From: Octopus vulgaris
Lineage: Eukaryota
Length of the DNA stretch: 64,000 nt
Direction of reading: 5' to 3'
NCBI GenBank assembly: GCA_951406725.2
Contig: OX597827.1
Location: 71,734,001 to 71,798,000 of the forward strand
The translations under genes and the position numbers were made by a program. This document shows, piece after piece, positions 55,351 through 64,000 of the stretch (position 1 is its first letter; the number at the start of each line of letters is the position of its first letter). The notes under the pieces are model-generated. The model was not told the DNA's origin and searched no databases. It was given only the letters and a program-made list of their open reading frames with translations.

Positions 55351-55722
55351 ATGTGGCTGTGTGGTAAGGAGTTTGCTTACCAAACACGCGGTTCCCAGTT
55401 CAATACCACTGCGTGGCTGCTTGGACAAGTGACTTCTACTACAGACTCGAGACGACCAAAGCCTTGCAAATGGATTTCGTAGAGGGAAACTGAAAGAAGT
55501 CCGTCGTCTGTGTGTGTTTGTCCCCCACAACCACCTGATAACCGATGTTGGTATGTTTATGTTCCCGTGAGTTATCGGATAGGCAAAAACAGACCGATAG
55601 ATTAAGTACCAGGCTTTAAGAATAAAGATAAGCATTGGGATTAATTCATATGAGTAAAAATCTTTCACGGCGGTGCTCCAGCATGACGCGCTCTAATGAC
55701 TGAGACAAGCAACATATAAAAG
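55351..55722 (+). mobile_element. SINE A (diverged)
   Basis: GTGGCTGTGTGGTAAG head through CGGCGGTGCTCCAGCATG tail. Confidence 0.8.
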
Positions 55723-55728
55723 ATATGC

Positions 55729-55777
<49 letters not shown>

Positions 55778-55782
55778 TTATA

Positions 55783-55965
55783 TATACAAAATTAAGAGGA
55801 ATGACCACTAAAGTGGTTACCCTATATGCTAAACATAGACGTTAAATCGCCATTTCCACGAAGAATGTGTTCTCAAGAACAACTTCTTTTGAGAACACAT
55901 GTGACGTCTATGTTTAGCATATAGGGTGTCCACTTTAGTGGCTATTCCTCTTAATTTTGTATGTA
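55783..55965. repeat. ~180-bp foldback beginning at a (TA)n tract
   Basis: TACAAAATTAAGAGGAAT..CCCTATATGCTAAACATAGACGT vs ACGTCTATGTTTAGCATATAGGG..ATTCCTCTTAATTTTGTA; inner stem ATGTGTTCTCAA/TTGAGAACACAT. Confidence 0.9.
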
Positions 55966-56173
55966 TCACACTACTGGTTTTATTTGATAGTGAAGATGCC
56001 GACGACCGCTCGGTTCAAAGTCTCCTTTGACCACAAGTCGCCTGAACTCTTTACATGAACACCCCCCTGTACATAACTCCATGTCCCCTTACATGGCCTT
56101 GCTTTTTGCTTTTTGAGCCAAAAAATTAACTAACATAAATGTGCGTGTGTCTTTATATATATATAAGCATATG

Positions 56174-56215
<42 letters not shown>

Positions 56216-56468
56216 TATATATATATATGATAGGCCAATACCTTGAAACTCGGGTCCGTGTGTATCATAAGTTGAAGACGGGAAGGATGGCTTCCCTTTG
56301 CAAATACTGATAGGGCACAGAAAGTGTGTCTATAGCCAGCTGGGGAGATGTCTTCCTGGGGCTAAAAACTACAGTAGCATCCACCCTTAGGGGTTAGCCA
56401 TATTCAAATGGCAAATATACGTCACGATGTGTTGCTGCTACTGTTTATAACCGGCTCTGAGATTTATC

Positions 56469-56514
<46 letters not shown>

Positions 56515-56535
56515 TATATACACATATATATATAC

Positions 56536-56612
<77 letters not shown>

Positions 56613-57111
56613 CACGCACGCATATATATATATATGTATGTGTTTTTACACATACATGTGTATGTGACTGCATCGGTACGTATGCTTGCATGTATATATG
56701 TATGTATGTATGAGCATATGCATATTTATGAGTGTGTGCGTGTGTGTGTCAGAGAGAGAGAGAGAGAGAAGTCTTGCGTCAATAACCTATGAGTGACACA
56801 TCGTATCACATGCCTGAAGACATGGACGAATGCATCGACACTGTCGTATCGATTATGCAATATGTATCAAATAACGATTGATCCATAGGCATTTATTCAT
56901 AACGCTTGTGAACGAATAAATACGGTTACAGTGTGTGTCAGTGCGTGTGTGTATGTGTGTATACTTATGTGTGTGTGTGTGTGTATGTGCGTATATATAT
57001 ATATATATACATATGTATGTATGTATGTATGTATGTATGCTTTATGTATGTATATATATATATATATATATAAATAAATCAAAGAATGGAGTTGAACGAC
57101 GATTTAACAAA

Positions 57112-57212
57112 ATTCCTTTATTCTCGACATATGTTTCGAAGGCTGCCTATTGCTAATTACGAAGGAATAAGGGGTGCATTATGCCGCCTTCTCATCAGGA
57201 AAAACAAGGAAC
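57112..57212 (-). ncRNA. Type I hammerhead ribozyme, intact core (second copy of the 28.9 kb element)
   Basis: rc: GTTCCTTGTTTTTC-CTGATGA(57198-57192)-GAAGGC...GCCTTC-GAAA(57137-57134)-CATATG-TC|GAGAATAAAGGAAT; host element ~57080-57280 between (TA)n tracts. Confidence 0.88.
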
Positions 57213-57530
57213 TTATGTCAGCATCAAGGTATCGGTTAACCGAATTATCCATACTAAGATAATTCATTCAACTACCTAAATATGTATATATATATATACA
57301 TAGTTAACAGACGAGTTTCAGTGATTCTCAGTATTGAAACGAGTAGCGCTCAAATGATTCGAAACTTACTCCCCGATGTCTTTACGGGCACTTATTGCGC
57401 GGAGTGAAGAATGGCTGAAAGAGGAAGCCAAGAGAGGAGATATGGAGGCAATTATGCGAATAAACAAATTAAATATAACAGCTTGGACTTAGTATACAAA
57501 ATATGTATATATGTATACATGCAAACAAAG

Positions 57531-57626
<96 letters not shown>

Positions 57627-57739
57627 GGTCCCGGGTTGAGTCGGGGTTAACCACAGTAAATAAGGTACTCAATACATAGCAGAGTAAATTAATTTATTGA
57701 ACGAAACAGTTCTAGTCCTGTAGAAGCTCCTTCTATAAA

Positions 57740-57770
<31 letters not shown>

Positions 57771-57781
<11 letters not shown>

Positions 57782-57957
57782 GAGGTACTACTATTCATAG
57801 ATACCGCACGTTAGGAGGGGCCCTTGCGGCCAAAACTACTAAAATAAACAAATTTTATCGAATGCATTCGGTAAAATTTTTTATTTTAGTAGGTTTGGCC
57901 GCAAGGCCCCTCCTAGCGTGCGGTATCTATGAATAGTAGTACCCTCTATATAATATA
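57771..57957. repeat. ~187-bp near-perfect palindrome with no loop
   Basis: Centre CGAATG|CATTCG at 57864/57865; arms TATATTATATAGAGGTACTACTATTCATAGATACCGCACG.. / ..CGTGCGGTATCTATGAATAGTAGTACCCTCTATATAATATA. Confidence 0.93.
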
Positions 57958-58059
57958 AATAAATATTTTCAAAGTGGAAAAATTTACGGATTTTTTCTCT
58001 TCGAGGTTTTCACGCTAACAACTGATAATTTCTTATAAAGATTTTATCCTCAATTATAA

Positions 58060-58114
<55 letters not shown>

Positions 58115-58177
58115 CATTATTAAATCTCAGAACGAGATGTAAACAGTAATCGCACGACATTGAGGTGGCTTTTATAC

Positions 58178-58263
<86 letters not shown>

Positions 58264-58265
<2 letters not shown>

Positions 58266-58440
58266 CGCAAGAGTGGCTGTGTGGTAAGTAGTTTGCTTAC
58301 CAACCACATGGTTCCGGGTTCCATCCTACTGCGTGACACCTTGGGCAAGTGTCTTCTAATATAGCCTCGGGCCGACCAAAGCCTTGTGAGTGGATTTGGT
58401 AGACGGAAACTGAAAGAAGCCCGTCGTATATATGGATATA
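58264..58440 (+). mobile_element. SINE A 5' half
   Basis: GGCGCAAGAGTGGCTGTGTGGTAAG..GAAAGAAGCCCGTCGTATA, ending at the internal microsatellite. Confidence 0.9.
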
Positions 58441-58867
58441 TATATATGATGATCTGGAGTCGCCTCTGATATATATCAGCGTCACTCGGGATCAGCACAG
58501 ATTTCGCATAAGACACATGCCTGGTCGAAGAATTTTTGTAACTTCTGAACCCAAGTCAGGCGCGTGTGAACGATCTCGAGAGAACCTCTGTTACGAATGA
58601 TATTAAAATGATTTGTTAGGCGTCTAGAAAATTATTTTGTTTGCCGAAGATAGCTTGAAACCATGGTACAGGAAATAGATGGTAAATGCTTTTATTTTTC
58701 ATTCCCTTTCGTAATCATTCCTAATAGTGGTTTGGATTTTAAACTACTCCTTCTAGCTATTGACTAGCTTTTTCTTCACGCTAGACCACTGGTAGTAGAA
58801 AATTTCTAAATAATTTTTTTGCCACCCTGAAATTTATTAAACAATAATAATAATAATAATAATGATG

Positions 58868-58947
<80 letters not shown>

Positions 58948-58970
58948 GATAATAATAATAATAATAATAA

Positions 58971-59167
58971 AACACATATAACATATAAACACTTACAAAC
59001 ACATATAACATACAGAAAATTGCACTACTAAGCACTGCACACATCCTACGCAGAACACTTTCCATACAATAACCATCAGAGCATCACAACAAATCACAGC
59101 ACATACCCAAGGCACACAGAGCTGCGCTCGGTAGTGAAGTGAAAGCACGCTATAAAAATAAAACTAC

Positions 59168-59168
<1 letters not shown>
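58971..59168 (+). mobile_element. 5'-truncated R4/Dong-clade LINE inserted in (TAA)n
   Basis: NIQKIALLSTAHILRRTLSIQ* (R4-clade end QK.ALLGTA.ILR..L), a ~100-nt 3' UTR, and (AAT)n on both sides; Dong elements are known to target TAA repeats. Confidence 0.8.
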
Positions 59169-59234
<66 letters not shown>

Positions 59235-59593
59235 TAATAATAATAATAATATATTTAATTCGTCCTTAGTCGAAAGACACCTGTTATGTCCTGTTATTTG
59301 TATTTGTATTTGTATTTGTGTACCATTTCTCCGTTTTTTTTCCGTCCTCGTTTTCGTATACATTCGTTGCTTTATTTCAGGGAATCTAGTGCTCTTAGCT
59401 TAGTTTTTCCTTAGGGCTGGCCAGATTGGAGCAATCCCGAGTATAACCAGCCGAAATTGCAAAGATAATCTGGAACTCGACTGAGGAAAGAAAACTCTGA
59501 ATTACCCGTCCTTGTTTTTTCTTGTCCCCTTTTTGTATCATCTGTCTGGATGTTTTGCGCACCTGTCCCATTTTTTGTATTCCTTTATATATG

Positions 59594-59676
<83 letters not shown>

Positions 59677-59820
59677 TTATCATTTTTATCTTTTACTTGT
59701 TTCAGTCATTTGACTGCGGCCATGCTGGAGCACCGCCTTTAGTCGAGCAAATCGACCCCGGGACAGACAGACAGACAGACAGACAGATAGGTAGGTAGAT
59801 AGATAGATAGATAGATAGAT

Positions 59821-59916
<96 letters not shown>

Positions 59917-60230
59917 GGTGAGAAATTATTATACATGTCGGGGGAGTGGAGAGCATGATAGAGTTCATAAAAGATGTGAAGAAAGATATCAAGAATTATT
60001 GAAAGATGTCTAGGATGGAAAATGGCGGAGAAGATTTGTGATGTGAAGTTAGAAAGACAAAACTACGGAGAGGAAGATAACAATAGGAGGATGGGTGGGC
60101 GATGGAGATTTGAAAAAAATTGAATGATCGAAATATGGAGAGTAATGGGGTGAGTGTTAAATAAATAGAGAGGGAGAGAGGAGCAGAGAGAGAGGGGCAG
60201 AGAGAGAGAGGGGCAGAGAGAGAGGGGGGC

Positions 60231-60262
<32 letters not shown>

Positions 60263-60576
60263 TAAGTCATGAATTATAGGTTTGAGTGACAGTGATGTGT
60301 GGTGGTGGGAAGTCTCAGAAATATGGATGGTGGGAGAAAGCGTGTGTGTGTGTGTGAGTGTGTGTGTGTGAGAGTGTGTGAGTGTGTCTATGTGTGTGTG
60401 TATAGTTAAAAAATAACAATGAAAAGACTAGAGAGGAAGTTATGTGTATACGCGTGCGCGTGCTTATATATATATATATATATATATATTCATGCATTTA
60501 TGTATGTATATCCATATACATATATGTGCATATATGTGTGTATGTATGCATATATCTATGTACATATACATGTATA

Positions 60577-60668
<92 letters not shown>

Positions 60669-62097
60669 TGTCTGTGTATTTATGTGTGAATGTGTGTGTG
60701 TAGGTGTGTGTGTGTGTGTATGTGTGTGTGTAACACATATTCAGATATCTGAGAGCATTACATGTAAAACATGTGTATAAATAGAAGGAAAGAAAGAAAG
60801 AAAGGAAAGAGAGAAAGAAAGAAAGAAAGAAAGAAGGAAGGAAAGGAGAGAAAGGAGAGAAAGAAAGAAAGGAGAGAAAGAAGGAAAGAAAGAAATGGGT
60901 AGCTTTCAGAATTTTTGAAGGAATCGTGCCGTCTTGTAAATTAAAAGAATTGCAGGAATCTCTCAGATGCCAAATTACTTGTAATGATAACGGCATTGAA
61001 GATATAGCCAACAGCATCGAAATATTCCTGGAATACGATTGGTAAACTCTAGCTATTTCTGCTGTTGCTTGTTGTTATGATTTTTGCTGCTGTTGTTGTC
61101 GTTGTTGTTGTTGTTGTTGCTTGTGTTTTGTTTTTTTTGGGGGGTTTTTTTGCTGCCTATTTTCTTGAAAGGAAAAATGAAAACAAAAAAAAAAACTCCC
61201 CAAAACACAGAAAAATAACTTAAGTCTAACACATTTCTGACTAGGCAAGACGCCAAATAATTATTCATAAAGAAACGGGGGTTACAGTTGATTGAATTAG
61301 CCCCGAGTATATCACTGGTTGTTATTTTCGTTGTTGTTGTTGTTTGTTTTTTGCTGACCCCTAAATACGAAAACAGTGTTGCCAAGTCATTTTTCATTAA
61401 AAAAAAAAAAAAATCTTTAAAAAAAGGCAGCGGGAAATTTTCAGGGCGATCCAGATTGCTTTGGAAAGGAACCAAAACTAAAATGGCAGAATCGTTAAGA
61501 GCGTCAGAGAATGGAAGCTTAGCACCGTTTCTTCCAGTTTTTTATGTTCCGAGTTCAAAAGTCACCACCGCCACCTCCACCACTACCACCACCGCCGCCA
61601 ACACCACCACCATCATCACCACCATCGCCACCGTTTTGATCGAGATTATTATTAAGGCTAGACTCATACTCAACAACCGCTAACGCCACAGTATACGCTC
61701 ACTATTAGAATTACTACTACAACCACCGCCACCACCACCACCACCATCATCATCATCACCACCACCACCACAAACACCACCACCAACACCACCACTACAA
61801 CCACCACCACCACAAACACCACCACCACAACCACCACCACAAACACCACCACCACCACAACCACCACAACCACCACTACCACCACCACCAACACCACCAC
61901 CACCACCACCACCACAAACACCACCACCACCACCACCACCACCACACCACCACTCCAACCACCATCACCACCACTCCAACCACCATCCTTTCATTTTGTA
62001 TATCGGAGACTAATCCTACATGTCATTTAGTTTTGTTTTTTTCTTTTTGTTTGTTTTTTTTTATATTTTCCTTTCCAAAACGATTTGTGGCTATTTC

Positions 62098-62314
62098 CCT
62101 CTTTTACTTGTTTCAGTCATTTGACTGTGGCCATGCTGGAACACCGCCTTTAGTCGAGCAAATCAACCCCAGAGCTTATTCATTTGTAAGCCTAGTACTT
62201 ATTCTATCGGTTTCTTTTGCCGAACCGCTAAGTTACGAGGACGTAAACACACGAACATCGGTTGTCAAGCGGTGTTGGGAGGACAAACACATACATACAC
62301 ACAAACATAGATAC

Positions 62315-62347
<33 letters not shown>

Positions 62348-62510
62348 CGACGGGCTTCTTTCAGTTTCCGTCTACCAAATCCACTCACAAGGCTTTGGTC
62401 GGTCCGAGGCTATAGTAGAAGACACTTGCCCAAGGTGCCACGTAGTGGGACTGAACCTGGAACCATGTGGTTCGTAAGCAAGCTACTAACCACACAGCCA
62501 CTCCTGCACC
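62098..62510 (-). mobile_element. SINE A, full length
   Basis: rc of the family consensus; TATTTC on both flanks. Confidence 0.93.
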
Positions 62511-62744
62511 TATTTCTTGTAGATTCCCTCAATGTTGTTCTTGCTGCTGTTGTTTGTGAGGGCGGCAGCAGTGGTGGTGGCAATGGTATTAGTAATGATA
62601 GAGTTATAGTTGTTGTTGCTTGTGAAGGTGGTGGCGGTGGTGGTGTTTGTAGCTGTGTTGTTGCTGTGGACGGTGGACATGCTTATTGGTGAAGGTGCTA
62701 TTTGTTTTTGTCCACCGTCCACAGCATGTCCACCGTCTACAGCA

Positions 62745-62984
62745 ACCTATTTCTTTACTACCCACCAAGGGGCTAAACACAGAGAGGACAAACAAGGACA
62801 GACAAACGGATTAAGTCAATTATATCGACCACAGTGCGTAACTGGTACTTAATTTAATCGATCCCGAAAGGATGAAAGGCAAAGTCGACCTCGGCGGAAT
62901 TTGAACTCAGAACGTAGCGGCAGACGAAATACTGCTAAGCATTTCGCCCGGCGTGCTAACGTTTCTGCAAACTCGTCCCGCCTT
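62745..62984 (-). mobile_element. SINE B monomer ending in the multimer-linker tail
   Basis: rc head AAGGCGGGACGAGTTTGCAGAAACG; ends ..GGGTAGTAAAGAAATAGGT. Confidence 0.9.
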
Positions 62985-63573
62985 CTTGGCAGCGGTAGCA
63001 GCAACAACGGCGACAGCGGCAGGTGTAGCGACGGCAGCGGTGTCAGTGGCAGGAGTGAGTGGAACAGCGGCAGCAGTGGCAGCAGTAGCAACGGTGGTAG
63101 CACTTGTAGCGACGGCAGCGGTGGCTGAGGCGGCGGCGCCGGCGCCGGCAGCAGCAGCAGCAGCAGCAATAACAGTCAAAACAGAAGCTTCGCCTCCAAT
63201 GCCTCTGTTACTACTACCACCACCACTTAACAACACTATAACAACAACACAAATACCATCAGAGCATCAATAACAATAATAACACCACCGCCAACACTAC
63301 ATCCGTTACCACCACTACCACCACCACCACCACCACCACCACCACCACCACCAACAACAACAATAACAACGCCACCGACACGGCCAACAGCATTAACAAC
63401 GCAATGATCGAGCTCTACGGTAACAACAACGCCATGACCATCACCAGTAACAACAACAGCAGCAATAACAGTTACAATATAATGCTGAAAACACCAATTG
63501 CGGCAAATACAAAGAAAAACTCAATCAGAAACCGAAAAAGCCATCTCATTATATTTCTACTTCTTTCACACCT

Positions 63574-63674
<101 letters not shown>

Positions 63675-63756
63675 TGTATGTATGTATGTAAGTATGTATA
63701 TATGCATGCATGCATGTATGTATGCATGTATTTATATATATATATACATATGTATT

Positions 63757-63825
<69 letters not shown>

Positions 63826-63885
63826 TGTATGTATGTATGTATGTATGTATATATGCATGTGTGTGTATATATTCTTCCCTTAATC

Positions 63886-63924
<39 letters not shown>

Positions 63925-63968
63925 CTCTCCCACTTTCTTTCTCTCCCTTTCTCTTTTTCTTTCTCTGC

Positions 63969-64000
<32 letters not shown>

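Noticed and set aside
55990-56070. VSFDHKSPELFT peptide resembling the PLE RT motif VSFDVxSLFT
   Set aside because: Needs a two-residue insertion and is followed by a stop; too short to support.
57308-57352. CAGACGA-GTTTCAGT..ATTGAAAC-GAGTAGCGCTC
   Set aside because: Good helix II-like stem, but both core strands are mutated and helix I is absent; at best a heavily decayed hammerhead.
59255-59585. Repeat fragment (related to rc of 9460-9540) containing CTGAGGA and CCAGCCGAAA
   Set aside because: The core halves cannot be assembled into one consistent hammerhead; family unassigned.
62953-63273. Ala-rich 106-aa ORF resembling a transcription-factor low-complexity region
   Set aside because: Starts inside a SINE and consists of GCA/GGC trinucleotide repeats; no domain or splice evidence.

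Overview
Repeat-saturated eukaryotic intronic or intergenic DNA with no convincing host protein-coding gene. Almost every ORF in the supplied track is a translated microsatellite ((TA)n, (TATG)n, (CA)n, (GATA)n, (AAT)n, (GGAA)n). The SINE families and the extreme microsatellite load resemble Octopus (coleoid cephalopod) DNA; this is recognition from memory, not a database result. The window contains: (i) three young tRNA-derived SINE families (called A, B and C here) plus an older one; (ii) short remnants of R4/Dong-like, RTE-like, CR1-group and Penelope-like retrotransposons, hAT (Buster/Charlie) and mariner transposases, and non-autonomous Helitron-like and MITE elements; (iii) several minisatellites. 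The most interesting signal is a set of at least seven hammerhead-ribozyme folds of three distinct designs. They have palindromic minimal helix III and sit in short elements next to (TA)n tracts, alongside several 130-220 bp foldback hairpins in the same context. Together these suggest diverse (TA)n-targeting, Penelope-like retroelements carrying self-cleaving RNAs, including a possible non-canonical core. Also notable: SINE-B inserts as internal multimers (up to 7 units) bounded by a single TSD; a CR1-group LINE fragment shares its 3' tail with SINE-A; and an RTE 3' end encodes three C2H2 fingers.
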